Source: an uncultured Chloroflexia bacterium
Lineage (GTDB): Bacteria; Chloroflexota; Limnocylindria; Limnocylindrales; CSP1-4
NCBI GenBank assembly: GCA_963724095.1
Contig: CAVRTH010000005.1
Location: 72,155 to 136,154 of the forward strand
Length of the DNA stretch: 64,000 nt
Direction: 5' to 3'
Below the pieces are notes generated by a model. That model made no database searches, was not told the DNA's origin, and saw only the letters and a program-made list of their open reading frames with translations. The translations under genes were made by a program, and so were the position numbers. This document shows positions 11,727 through 21,947 of this stretch, piece after piece (position 1 is the stretch's first letter; each line of letters opens with the position of its first letter).

Positions 11727-12620
11727 ATGGCACCCCTTCGCGTCGCCCTTGCCCAGGTCGCGCCTCGCCTCGGCGACCTCGAAGCCAACCTCGAACGGCA
11801 CCATGCGCTCCTCACCGGGGCGCGAGAGCAGGGCGCCGACTTGACGGTCTTTCCTGAGCTCGGCCTGACCGGCTACCTGCTGCAGGACCTCAATGCCGAG
11901 GTCGCCATCGGGCGCGACGATCCGCGGCTGCTGGAACTGGCCCGCGCGGCCGGCGACATGAGCGCCGTGGTCTCATTCGTGGAGGAGTCGTCCGACCACA
12001 AGCTCTTCATCGCAGCGGCGCTGCTGGAGGCCGGCGAGGTCCGTCACGTACACCGCAAGGTGTTCCTGCCGACCTACGGTCTCTTCGACGAACGCCGCTT
12101 CTTCGCGCCCGCCTCGACCATCCGCGCGGTGACGTCCGAGCGACTGGGGTTGCGCCTCGGGATCAGCATCTGCGAGGACTTCTGGCACCTGGCCACGCCA
12201 CAGCTGCTGGCGCTCGACGGTGCACAGGTGCTCATCAACGTCTCCTCCTCGCCGGGCCGCGACGTGGCCGCCATCAACGAGACCGGCCTCGGTACGGCCG
12301 AGTCGTGGCGCTCGCTCAACCGCACCTACGCGCAGTTGACGACGAGCTACGTCATCTTCGTCAATCGCGTGGGCGTGGACGAATCCATCACCTTCTGGGG
12401 CGGCTCGGAGGTCGTGGCCCCCGATGGCGGCAGCGTGTTCCGTGCACCCATCCAGGAAGAGGGCCTGTATCTCGCGGAGATCGAGCCCGCGGAGCTGCGT
12501 CGCGAGCGTATCGCCTCGCCCCTGCTGCGTGACGAGCGTCCGGAGGTGGTCATGCGCCAGCTGGACCAGATACTTGCCGAGCGGCTGGAACGCAACTCCC
12601 GCAGCGCCAAGCGACCGTGA
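11727..12620 (+). CDS. Carbon-nitrogen hydrolase (nitrilase-superfamily) protein, probable glutaminase subunit of NAD synthetase
   Basis: Glu-Lys-Cys triad context: VFPELGLTGY, HRKVFLPTYGLFDE, ISICEDFWH. The stop overlaps the nadE GTG (GTGA 12617-12620). Confidence 0.8.
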   Translation: MAPLRVALAQVAPRLGDLEANLERHHALLTGAREQGADLTVFPELGLTGYLLQDLNAEVAIGRDDPRLLELARAAGDMSAVVSFVEESSDHKLFIAAALLEAGEVRHVHRKVFLPTYGLFDERRFFAPASTIRAVTSERLGLRLGISICEDFWHLATPQLLALDGAQVLINVSSSPGRDVAAINETGLGTAESWRSLNRTYAQLTTSYVIFVNRVGVDESITFWGGSEVVAPDGGSVFRAPIQEEGLYLAEIEPAELRRERIASPLLRDERPEVVMRQLDQILAERLERNSRSAKRP

Positions 12621-13480
12621 CCACGCCGATGGTCCTCGATCTGCCGCTGGAACTGGCGATCGACACGGCTGCCGCGCGCCGCATCATCGGCGAGTTCATC
12701 CGTGCGCAGCTGGACCAAGCGGGCTTCGCCAAGGTGCTCCTGGGGCTGTCGGGCGGCATCGATTCGGCGCTGGTGGCCTACCTGGCAGCGGAGGCCATCG
12801 GCGCGCAGAACGTGCTCGCGGTGCTGATGCCCTACAAGACGTCATCGCCCGAGTCGCGCGGTGACGCTGAAGAGGTGGTTCGCCGCCTCGGTTGCCCCAG
12901 CGAGCTGGTCGATATCAGCGGCATCGTGGATGGCTACTTCGAGCACGGGCGGCAGGGTGCCGCGCCATTGCGGCGTGGCAACTTCATGGCCCGCGCCCGC
13001 ATGATGGTGCTGTACGACCACTCGGTCACGTGGGGCGGTCTGGTCATCGGGACCGGCAACAAGACCGAGACGCTCATCGGCTACAGCACACTGTGGGGAG
13101 ACAGCGCCAGCGCGTTCAACCCCATCGGCGACCTCTACAAGTCGCAGGTCCGTCAGCTCAGCGCGGCGCTGGGCGTGCCCGACGCCATCATCACCAAGGC
13201 CCCCTCCGCCGACCTCTGGCCCGGCCAGACCGACGAGGAGGAGGTGGGCTTCTCCTACGCCGATGTCGACCGCATCCTTTTCCGGCTGGTCGACCGTCGC
13301 CGCTCCATCGACGAGGTCGTGGCGGATGGTTTCTCGCGTGATCTGGTGGACCGCGTGGACCGCATGGTGGCCGGTTCGGAGTTCAAGCGCCAGGTGCCAC
13401 CCATCGCCAAGATCGGCCCGCGTACCGCCGGTATCGACTACCTCTATCCGCGACGCCGACCACGCTCGGCGCGTGACTAG
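12617..13480 (+). CDS. nadE: NAD+ synthetase, short single-domain type
   Basis: PP-loop LLGLSGGIDSALVAYL. Length (287 aa) and overall pattern are typical of stand-alone NadE. Confidence 0.9.
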   Translation: MTTPMVLDLPLELAIDTAAARRIIGEFIRAQLDQAGFAKVLLGLSGGIDSALVAYLAAEAIGAQNVLAVLMPYKTSSPESRGDAEEVVRRLGCPSELVDISGIVDGYFEHGRQGAAPLRRGNFMARARMMVLYDHSVTWGGLVIGTGNKTETLIGYSTLWGDSASAFNPIGDLYKSQVRQLSAALGVPDAIITKAPSADLWPGQTDEEEVGFSYADVDRILFRLVDRRRSIDEVVADGFSRDLVDRVDRMVAGSEFKRQVPPIAKIGPRTAGIDYLYPRRRPRSARD

Positions 13481-14324
13481 CCGGGCAGGGGAGGGCGCTC
13501 GCGGCACCCTCTTCGTGGTGGCCACGCCCATCGGCAACCTCGGCGACATCACGCTGCGCGCGCTCGAAGTACTGCGTGACGTGGCCGTGGTAGCCGCGGA
13601 GGACACGCGCGTGACACGCAAGCTGTGGGCGCGCTTCGATATCGAGACGCCGCTGCGCAGCTATCACGCGCATAGCGACGACCGCCGCACCCTCGAACTG
13701 CTGGAGCGGCTGGAGGCTGGTGACGACGTCGCTCTCGTGAGCGATGCGGGTACGCCCCTGCTGAGTGATCCAGGTGAGGTGCTCGTCAAGGCCTGGGTCG
13801 AACGCGGGGGCAGGGTGGTCCCGGTCCCTGGTGCCTCCGCTGCCCTGGCTGCGCTGGTGGCCTCGGGTATCCCGGCCCCGCGCTGGGGTTTCGAGGGCTT
13901 CCTGCCGCGCAAGGGCCGCGAGCGCCGCGAGCGCCTCCAGCGGATCGCTGCCGACGACCGCGCCACCGTGATCTACGAAGCACACGGACGGACCGCGTCG
14001 ACCCTGGCCGACCTCGCCGCGGCCTGTGGTGCGGATCGTCCCGCCGCGGTCTGTCGCGAGCTGACCAAGCTTCACGAAGAGGTCCGCCGTGGCTCGCTGG
14101 GTCGGCTGGCGGTCGAGCTGGCCGCTGCCAGCGTCAAGGGCGAGGTCGTCATCGTCGTCGCCGGCGCCACTGACGTGACGGTCGCGGTGGCCAGCCTGGA
14201 GGCCGGCCGGGCGCGCGTGGAGCGGCTCGTGGCCGAGGGTGTGAAGCGCTCGGCCGCGGCCCGCATGGTGGCTCAGGACACTGGCCTGCCTCGCCGCGAC
14301 CTCTTCGCCATCGAGGAAGGCTAG
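13473..14324 (+). CDS. rsmI: 16S rRNA (cytidine1402-2'-O)-methyltransferase
   Basis: GTLFVVATPIGNLGDITLRALEVLRDVAVVAAEDTR...; the in-frame GTG 13473 overlaps the nadE end. The longer ORF from 13263 lies inside nadE. Confidence 0.85.
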   Translation: MTSRAGEGARGTLFVVATPIGNLGDITLRALEVLRDVAVVAAEDTRVTRKLWARFDIETPLRSYHAHSDDRRTLELLERLEAGDDVALVSDAGTPLLSDPGEVLVKAWVERGGRVVPVPGASAALAALVASGIPAPRWGFEGFLPRKGRERRERLQRIAADDRATVIYEAHGRTASTLADLAAACGADRPAAVCRELTKLHEEVRRGSLGRLAVELAAASVKGEVVIVVAGATDVTVAVASLEAGRARVERLVAEGVKRSAAARMVAQDTGLPRRDLFAIEEG

Positions 14325-14353
14325 CCTGGGTTCGGCGCGCGGCCGGTCAGCGC

Positions 14354-14698
14354 TCAGCCCTCCGAGCGTCGTGCCAGTCGTGCCACCAGCTGGCGCGCGA
14401 GGGCGCGATCGTCATTGCTGAGTCGCTCGAAGTCCGAGAACAGCGGTTCATCGGCATAGGGCACCGGATGCGGACGATCGGAGCGGCCGAGGAGATAGTC
14501 GGTCGTCACCTCCAGCGCCTCGGACAGCCTCCGCAGGTTGCGAAGTGACGGACGCCGAGAGCCGCTCTCATAGAGCGAGACGGCGGCCTGCTGGAGCTGC
14601 GCGCGGTGTGCCAGCTCCAGCTGACTGAAGCCGCGCAACTCGCGTGCGCAACGGAGGCGCCGTGGGAATGGGCCTGCTGAACGAACCGAGCCTGTCAT
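14354..14698 (-). CDS. XRE-family helix-turn-helix transcriptional regulator
   Basis: LRCARELRGFSQLELAHRAQLQQAAVSLYESGSRRPSLRNLRRLSEAL. Divergent from the 14752 gene with a 53-bp spacer. Confidence 0.75.
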   Translation of the reverse strand: MTGSVRSAGPFPRRLRCARELRGFSQLELAHRAQLQQAAVSLYESGSRRPSLRNLRRLSEALEVTTDYLLGRSDRPHPVPYADEPLFSDFERLSNDDRALARQLVARLARRSEG

Positions 14699-14751
14699 GT
14701 CGAAGTCGTGATAACTTAGAGCACGAACCTGACATACGCAAGGGTCACACG

Positions 14752-15561
14752 ATGCCGAAACCATCGATCGAGGGGATCGCCGAGATCGCCGAAGGCCAGG
14801 AGCCGATCGCGGCCACTGCCGTCCACAATGGCCACGACCTGCGAGAGGAGGTACGCGCGGTCATCGCCCTGCCCGAGGCAGACCGCCTGCGTGAGGAGGA
14901 TCCCTACACGGGCATCTGGACGACCATCGCCACGACGCAGCTGGTCGCCCAACGGTCGCGCTTCGAGGTCGACCTCAACCGCCCGCGTGACATGGCCGTC
15001 TATCGGACAGCTGAAGATGCCTGGGGGCTGCACCTGTGGGGGCAGGAGTTGCCGGACGGTCTGGTGGAGCGGTCCCTCGCGGAATATGACGCCTTCTACG
15101 CGGAGGCTGAGCGGATCTTCAGCGAGATGGAGCGGCGCTACGAGAAGTTCGTCGTATTCGACTTGCATACCTACAACCATCGTCGGGCGGGACCGGACGC
15201 GCCACCGGACGATCCCGCCCGCAACCCGGAGGTCAACGTCGGGACCGGCTCACTCGACCGCGAACGCTGGAGTCCACTGGTGGATCGCTTCATGGCGGAC
15301 CTCACGGCCCACGAATTCCTCGGTCGCCACCTCGATGTGCGAGAGAACGTTCGCTTCCAGGGTGGCTATCTCTCGCGCTGGATCCATGAGCGCTTCGGCG
15401 CATCGGCCTGCTGTCTGGCCATCGAGTTCAAGAAGTTCTTCATGGACGAATGGACCGGTCGACTCTCGCCCGAGGAGTACGAGGCCATCCCGCAAGCGCT
15501 GCAGGCCACGCTGCCGGGCATCCTGGAATCCCTCGAGGCCGTGCGTACCGCTGACCGATGA
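14752..15561 (+). CDS. N-formylglutamate amidohydrolase (FGase) family protein
   Basis: Family-like pattern: VHNGH..., FEVDLNRPRD, VVFDLHTYNHRR, NVGTGS. The stop overlaps the next ATG (ATGA 15558-15561). Confidence 0.75.
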   Translation: MPKPSIEGIAEIAEGQEPIAATAVHNGHDLREEVRAVIALPEADRLREEDPYTGIWTTIATTQLVAQRSRFEVDLNRPRDMAVYRTAEDAWGLHLWGQELPDGLVERSLAEYDAFYAEAERIFSEMERRYEKFVVFDLHTYNHRRAGPDAPPDDPARNPEVNVGTGSLDRERWSPLVDRFMADLTAHEFLGRHLDVRENVRFQGGYLSRWIHERFGASACCLAIEFKKFFMDEWTGRLSPEEYEAIPQALQATLPGILESLEAVRTADR

Positions 15562-17529
15562 TCGATATCGGTCTGTCTCCCCGCCGGGCCGGGGTCCGGG
15601 CCGGGCTCGATCATCCCCGGGGGTCACAGACCGCGCCAAGGTCGATCACGAGTGCGTTCGTCGAGGCCGCCTGTCAGCGCGTCCGTGAGGGCAAGCCGCT
15701 GCGGCGCAAGATCGAGCCATGGGGTCGGGTCCATGTCGACCGTCCCCTGCCGTTCCTGATCGTCTACCGCCGCCCCGTGAAGCGTCGCGACGCCGACACC
15801 GAGTCCCTCATCGTGGGCGAGGCCTCGTACGTGATCGCGCCCGGTGGAGGGCGATCGCAGGCCGGTGTCACGGCACTGGTCGAGGGCATCGCCGCGGCGC
15901 AGGTCGAGAGCTTCGGATCGCTTCTGATCGTGGAGGTCTGGTCCACGCCTGATACGGACCTGCCGGAGGGCCAGACGACCTGGGAGCCGGGCTTCCGCAT
16001 CCTGCGGCCGCGCAAGAGCCGCCTGACAGCCACTGTCGCGTCACTCGACAGTGCCTTGTCTGAGATCAGGGTCAAAGGCCGGATGGCCAACGTGGAGATC
16101 GTTGGCGTGACCAGCGCCAACCCACCTGGGCTGCAGCCGTTGTTGACGTCGGCACGGGCGGCGGAACTGGGCGTCCACGTCATCGGCCTGGAGTTGCAGC
16201 CCGTGTTCCGAGATCCCGCCCAGACCGAGAGCTACCCTCTCGTGCATCGAACGCTGCACCGGGGTATCTCACGGGCGCTCAAGCGAGCGGTGTTCGAGTT
16301 CACCCGCTTGCGTACCTCCCACCGCCCACCCAACTATCATGCCCTCGGCCGTCACAGCGTCGTCAAGGCCGTGTGGGACGTGGACCGTCGGCTCGCTGCG
16401 GTCAGCAACCAGTTCGACTTCATCCTGCAGGTCACGCCGACCAACGCTGACGATGCCTGGGCCGAGTTCCGACGGCGCCGCTTCGAGGTCGTGCCGGAGT
16501 TCTCGTCGCGGCCGCTGAAGCTCGACACAGCGCTGGTGAAGCGCGAGTTGTTCCGCATCCCCATCGAGCGCATCGAGGATACCCACCCTGGGGCAGCTCT
16601 TCCGCGATCAGCAGACCTCCCTCGATCGCAAGCTGACCATGCTCGGCGACCGTGGCCGTCCGGAATTCCTGTACGGCAGCCTCCAGCTGTTCGGCGGCGT
16701 GGACGATACGTTGCTGGACCTGGCCTACGAGGTGCTCGACCGCGTGCCCTCGAGGAGTCGCGATGAGTCTCCCCGAGGTGCGGCCGACGCGAAGGCCTTC
16801 GCTGCCCGCGCGACCGAGGAGATGGAGTACTACCGGCGTATCCACCCCCATGTATCGGGAGCGGTGGAGATCCGCAAGGACATCCTCGGGGTCATGGTCT
16901 CGCATGGTCGGCTGCTGGTCGGTGCTCGAACCAGCGTCCCGACCTCGCGCATCGAGGCCTTGCTCGCGCACGAGGTCGGCACACACGTGGTGACGTACGT
17001 GAATGGCCGCGCCCAGCCGTTCCGCCAGCTGGCCATCGGCCTGCCCGGCTACGACGAGCTGCAGGAGGGCATGGCCGTGCTCGCGGAGTACCTCGTGGGC
17101 GGCTTCAGCCGGCCGCGCTTGCGGCTGCTCGCAGCACGTGTGCTGGCGGCGCACCGGATGCTGGAGGGCGGGGACTTCGTGGAAGTCTTCCGCGAGCTCG
17201 ACCGGGCCCACGATTTCGCCCAGCGCACGGCGTTCTCCGTGACCATGCGCGTGTTCCGTGGCGGTGGATTGACCAAGGACGTGGTCTACCTCCGCGGCCT
17301 CCGGGGTGTGCTCGACTACCTGCGTGAGGGCGGAGCGCTGGAGCCGCTGCTGGTGGGCAAGCTTGGCCCCGACCATATCCCCATCATCGAAGAGCTACAG
17401 TGGCGCAAGGTGCTGCACCCGCCCCCGCTGCGGCCGCGCTATCTCGAAGACCCGGCTGCGCTGCAACGATTGGACCGTGTCCGCCGGGGGGTGTCTGTAC
17501 TAGACCTCGTGTCGAAGGGAAAGAGATGA
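15558..17529 (+). pseudogene. DUF1704 / MATCAP-like 'QEGLA-motif' putative metallocarboxypeptidase; single frameshift
   Basis: ORF 15558..16766 (...FRIPIERIED) joins ORF 16639..17529 (PTLGQLFRDQQ... upstream in its frame) if a16581 is removed. HEVGTH (HExxxH) and LQEGMAVLAEY motifs are present. Confidence 0.75.
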
Positions 17530-18572
17530 AGATCGGCTTCATGGTCAACGACATCGCCACCGAGGAACCGGGGTACACCACCAGCCGGCTAGCGATGGCT
17601 GCCATCAACCGCGGCCATGAGGCGTGGGTCATCGGTTCGGGCGACTTCGCCTACGACGCCGACGAGAACGTGCGTGCTCGCGCGACGTCCGCGCCCAAGA
17701 AGACCTACAAGTCGTCGGAGACCTACATCGTCGACCTGAAGGGGCGTCGCGCCAAACGGGAGCGCATCAGCGTCGATGAGCTCGACGTGCTGCTCCTGCG
17801 CAGCGATCCCTCCACCGATCTGGGTTATCGCGCCTGGGCGCAGTCGACGGGCATCATCTTCGGGCGCGTCGCCATGCGCAGCGGCCTCATCGTGCTCAAT
17901 GATCCCAACGGCCTGGCCAAGGCCATGAACAAGATGTACTTCCAGTTCTACCCGGAGGAGGTCCGACCGCGCACGCTCATCACGCGCGATCGCGACGAGA
18001 TCCGGGCTTTCTGGAAGGACGAGGGCGGCACCATCGTGCTCAAGCCGCTGCAAGGCTCGGGTGGCTCGGGCGTCTTCCTGGTGCGTCCCGGTGACGGCTC
18101 CAACCTCAACCAGATGGTCGACGCCGTGAGCCGCGACGGCTACGTCATCGCCCAGGAGTACCTGCCCGCGGCCGAGGAAGGGGACACGCGCTTGTTCCTG
18201 ATGAACGGTCAGCCGCTGCGCTATCGCGGCAAGTACGCGGCCTTCCGTCGTGTCCGCTCGGGTGACGACATGCGCAGCAACATCCACGCCGGCGGCAAGC
18301 TGCGTGAGGCGGTCATCACCGACCAGCACCTGCGCATCGCCGAGATCGTGCGACCCAAGGTCGTGCAGGACGGCATGTTCCTGGTGGGCCTGGACATCGT
18401 GGGTGACAAGCTGATGGAGATCAACGTCTTCAGCCCCGGCGGGCTGGGCAGCGCGCAACGCTTCGAGAAGGTCAACTTCGCCCACGCTGTGATCGAGGCG
18501 CTGGAACGCAAGGTCGACTACATGACCTTCTACCGGCGCAACTTCAACAACGTGGACATGGCGACGCTGTAG
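17526..18572 (+). CDS. Glutathione-synthetase-like ATP-grasp ligase
   Basis: MKIGFMVNDIATEEPGYTTSRLAMAAINRGHEAW... has a GshB-like N-domain, followed by an ATP-grasp body. ATG 17526 overlaps the upstream TGA. Confidence 0.8.
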   Translation: MKIGFMVNDIATEEPGYTTSRLAMAAINRGHEAWVIGSGDFAYDADENVRARATSAPKKTYKSSETYIVDLKGRRAKRERISVDELDVLLLRSDPSTDLGYRAWAQSTGIIFGRVAMRSGLIVLNDPNGLAKAMNKMYFQFYPEEVRPRTLITRDRDEIRAFWKDEGGTIVLKPLQGSGGSGVFLVRPGDGSNLNQMVDAVSRDGYVIAQEYLPAAEEGDTRLFLMNGQPLRYRGKYAAFRRVRSGDDMRSNIHAGGKLREAVITDQHLRIAEIVRPKVVQDGMFLVGLDIVGDKLMEINVFSPGGLGSAQRFEKVNFAHAVIEALERKVDYMTFYRRNFNNVDMATL

Positions 18573-18815
18573 GCAACGCCGGCGCACGCCGGGGTCGGTC
18601 CTGCCGGCAGGTGCCCCCGTCGCGTCTGTGCGCGTCCACCGTCGGGGAGGATTGGCAGCCGACGGATCCATGACATACCTAAGCGCGATTCACGCTCTCT
18701 TCACATATCGGCGCCCAACATGTGGCTCATCGATCGCACCGGGTTCGCGACAAACGGTCGCACGGAAGCGTGGAGCAGGGGCCTCGGGCTCCGAGATGGT
18801 GAGAAGGAGCAAGAG

Positions 18816-19171
18816 ATGTCGGTAATGGCAATGGCATTCCCCATCCTGCCTGGCAAGACGGCCGCGTGGCGGGCGTGGATGGATGAGCTCAACGGTCCCC
18901 GGCATGAGCAGTTCGTCGAGTCGCGTAGTCGAGCAGGCGTCGAAGAGCGCACCTTCCTGCAGCAGACACCGACAGGCGATCTTGTCATCGTCACACTCAG
19001 TGGCGATGACCCGGGCCGAGCATTCCAGGAGATGATGGCTGCCACAGATACTCGTTCTCGACCTGGTTCCTGAGCCAGGTCAAGGAGATCCATGGCATCG
19101 ATCCGAGCAGGCCCATCCGCGGTGTTTCCTCAGAGCTGGTCGTCGACTCACGGGCGGTAGTAGCCGTGTAG
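18816..19171 (+). pseudogene. Small conserved hypothetical protein; one frameshift near 19047-19052
   Basis: SD aaggag lies before ATG 18816. MSVMAMAFPILPGKTAAWRAWMDELNGPRHEQFVESR... continues in another frame as FSTWFLSQVKEIHGIDPSRP... Confidence 0.5.
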
Positions 19172-19178
19172 CTCTCGA

Positions 19179-20555
19179 CTAGCTTCTTCCTCCTCCCGCA
19201 TGAGGCCGCTCGTCTCCCCGAGCGGCCTCTGTGTGTGAGCTGATCGGTAGCCAGAACCAGAACACCGCACCCGCGTCGCTGCCGCGGTAGCCGATCTGTC
19301 CGCCCTGTGACTCGACCGCCGCCGCAGCAGTCGCCAGGCCAAGCCCGTGGACGGGTGAGCCCCCGTCCCCCATTGCGAAGGGCACGAAGAGCTTGTCGCG
19401 TTGGCCGTCTTCGATGCCAGGACCTTCGTCGGTCACCTCCGTCATCACGACCGCTCCGCCATCGCGCGCGGTTTGCACGCAGACTGACAGTCTCACGGTG
19501 CCGCCGGCCGGGCTGTAGCGGATGGCGTTGGAAAGCAGGTTTGAGAGCGCCTGGTGGAAGCGGATGCCGCTGATGCGGACCGTTGCCTCAGCCACCGACT
19601 GTTCGATGTGGACACCGCGCTGGCTCGCGTCCCACTCACACTCCTGCTCGGCCCGCGACACGAGCATGGGCAGCAGCTGGTCTTCGACGGCGTCATCGAG
19701 CCCCTTCGTCTGCGCCACCGCCAACCCCAACAGCGCATCGGCCAACTCGCCCAGGTCGATCGCGTCCTGCCGCGCTTCCTCCAGCGGTGCACGGGTCTCG
19801 TCGTTGATGCGATCTCCCCTGAGCAGGACGTCGAGTTGCATGCGGAGCGCAGCGATGGGGGTGCGCAGATCGTGCGCCGCGCCGGCGATGAATGCACGCT
19901 CGTGATCGACGCTGTTCTCGACACGCGCCAGCAGGCGGTTGAGCGTGTCCGTCAGTCGGCCGATCTCGTCCTGCTGCCGCACGACCGGCAGTCGACGACT
20001 CAGCTCGTGCGGACCGATCGCGTTCGCCTCACTGGTCAACCGACGGATGGGCGACAGAGCACGGCCCGCGACCCACCAACCGCCCACCAACGAGCCGATG
20101 ACACCGACGCTGCCGATGACCAGCAGCAGCTCCGGCAGCCGGGCCGCGTTCTCATCGACCAGCGAGAGCGAACGGCCGTCGAGGAGGACGCGGCCATCGG
20201 GCAAGGGCATCGAGTAGAAGGCATAGACTGGCCCGCCCTCCACGAGTTGACGGTTCGAGGCGCCGAGCGGCAGCGGCGGCAGGTCGCGCGGTACGCCGGG
20301 ACCGGCTTCGATGCTGCCCGTGGCCGGGTCCAGGATGGCGGTGAAGATGCCCGGAAGAGCGGGTTCCAGGGCGAGCAGGTCCTGGGGCGCCTTGCGCAGG
20401 TCGCTCGCGACGTCGGTCGCATGGATGCGCAGCGCATCCTCCGTGGAGGCCCGCAGGCTAGCCTGCAGCTGCCACCAGACCACGGCACCAGCGATGGCGA
20501 TGAGCAGCATGAAGGTCACTCCGTACCAGATGGTCAGGCGCGATCGGATGGTCAT
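19179..20555 (-). CDS. Two-component sensor histidine kinase
   Basis: N-terminal TM, HAMP-like region, H-box FIAGAAHDLRTPIAAL and an ATPase G-box GLGLATAAAAVESQGG. The start overlaps the regulator stop (ATGA 20552-20555). Confidence 0.9.
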   Translation of the reverse strand: MTIRSRLTIWYGVTFMLLIAIAGAVVWWQLQASLRASTEDALRIHATDVASDLRKAPQDLLALEPALPGIFTAILDPATGSIEAGPGVPRDLPPLPLGASNRQLVEGGPVYAFYSMPLPDGRVLLDGRSLSLVDENAARLPELLLVIGSVGVIGSLVGGWWVAGRALSPIRRLTSEANAIGPHELSRRLPVVRQQDEIGRLTDTLNRLLARVENSVDHERAFIAGAAHDLRTPIAALRMQLDVLLRGDRINDETRAPLEEARQDAIDLGELADALLGLAVAQTKGLDDAVEDQLLPMLVSRAEQECEWDASQRGVHIEQSVAEATVRISGIRFHQALSNLLSNAIRYSPAGGTVRLSVCVQTARDGGAVVMTEVTDEGPGIEDGQRDKLFVPFAMGDGGSPVHGLGLATAAAAVESQGGQIGYRGSDAGAVFWFWLPISSHTEAARGDERPHAGGGRS

Positions 20556-21253
20556 GACGCGTGGCCGTCCTCGCCGCTATCGAGCGCGCGCAGAAGGAAG
20601 CCCGACCCGCGGATGGTCTCGATGGTGGGAGCACCCGGGGCATCGCGGAGGATGGCACGCAACGCGGAGATGTGGACGTCGATGACGTTGGACACTCCGT
20701 CCCAGGCCCAGTCCCAGACGTGCTCCATCGATCTCCGCTCGCGTCACCAGCAGACCCTGCTGCCGGGCGAGCAACTCCAGGATGGCGAATGGCCGGCCCG
20801 AGATCGGTAGCGACTCGATCGACCCACGCTCACGCGCCTGGTCGCCGGGTCCAGGCGCATCGAACCGACGATCAGCACACTCGGTCGTTCGACCTGGCCT
20901 CGCCGAAGCATGGCTCGCAATCGGGCGATGAGCTCATCGAAGGCGAACGGCTTGGCCAGGTAGTCGTCGGCCCCTGCATCCAGGCCGCGGACGCGGTCGC
21001 GAATCTCGCCGCGGGCCGTGAGCATCAGGATGGGGGCCCACACCCCCTCGTCTCGGAGCGTGGCACAGAGTCCGACCCCATCCCCGTCGGGCAGCCCAAC
21101 ATCGAGAACGATGGCGTCGTAGGGAGCCTCATTCGCCATCCAGCGGCCGTCTTCGGCGGTCTCGGCGACATCGACCGCGTAGCCCTCCGCCCGCAATGAA
21201 TCGCCCAGCGTCGTCGTCAGGCGTTGGTCATCCTCGATGATCAGGACACGCAT
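20552..21253 (-). pseudogene. OmpR-family response regulator; two frameshifts in the DNA-binding half
   Basis: The receiver domain is intact (MRVLIIEDDQ...ILMLTARGE...DDYLAKPF). The winged-helix part (...PFAILELLARQQGLLVTRAEI / MEHVWDWAWDGVSNVIDVHISALR) changes frame at about 20817-20823 and at 20729, both at GATC. Confidence 0.85.
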
Positions 21254-21260
21254 CTCTCAC

Positions 21261-21283
21261 CTCGCAGCCCTCGCAGCCCTCGC
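21261..21283. repeat. Tandem 9-bp direct repeat (ctcgcagcc x2.5) just upstream of the response-regulator start
   Basis: ctcgcagcc ctcgcagcc ctcgc read directly from the sequence. Confidence 0.6.
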
Positions 21284-21502
21284 TCATCTGAGTCCCAACG
21301 GCTCAGGTCCATCGCGGGCCGGTGCTGGCATCCCATCATCGACGTTCCTTGGCCTGTGCGCTGCGCGCAGACAAGTGGCAGCAGCATCCGCAAGCACCTC
21401 GATTCATGCTTTCTTCAGCGTCGCGGTGCGAGCATGCATCTGCAACCGATGAGAGAGAGAGGAACCCTCACCGTCGATGCGCCACCTGAAAGGAGGCCAG
21501 CC

Positions 21503-21790
21503 ATGTTGACCACATACCCCGACGACGCCTTCATCGCCGACTGGAACGACCGTCCGCCGACGCGGGCTCCGATCCGCCCTCGCTACCAGCAGCGAGCGCT
21601 GCTCATCTGGCCGGGTCTGGACCGCGCCAGGTTGCGACGGACCGACGGTGACCCGTGGAGGATCGCACGGCTGGTGGAGAGCCGAACGGGCCTCACGATG
21701 GAGGACATCCTCGTGCTCCTGATGGGCCCCGATCTCGGTAACCATGATCCTATCGCCTCCACGACCGCTCATGCCCCGCCCGCCATCTGA
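21503..21790 (+). CDS. Hypothetical small protein (95 aa)
   Basis: Strong SD aggagg lies 6 nt before ATG 21503. No family recognised. Confidence 0.45.
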   Translation: MLTTYPDDAFIADWNDRPPTRAPIRPRYQQRALLIWPGLDRARLRRTDGDPWRIARLVESRTGLTMEDILVLLMGPDLGNHDPIASTTAHAPPAI

Positions 21791-21947
21791 CTCGTGGCGG
21801 GCGTGAACCCGATCGTGCTGCTGCCGACTATCGCCATGACTGCGGTCTCGGCCGCAGCAGGCTGCCATACTGCGGTCACCCAGCAGCATCGCGTGGGCTT
21901 CCGGCGGGTCCCGCCGCAAGAGTACCGTCGTGGAGCAGACGAGCGAC

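Noticed and set aside
21791-21947. A possible Mg-sensing leader (M-box-like) upstream of corA.
   Set aside because: I could not find the conserved M-box helices or any terminator/antiterminator pair. The 157-nt region is too short and unremarkable to support the call.
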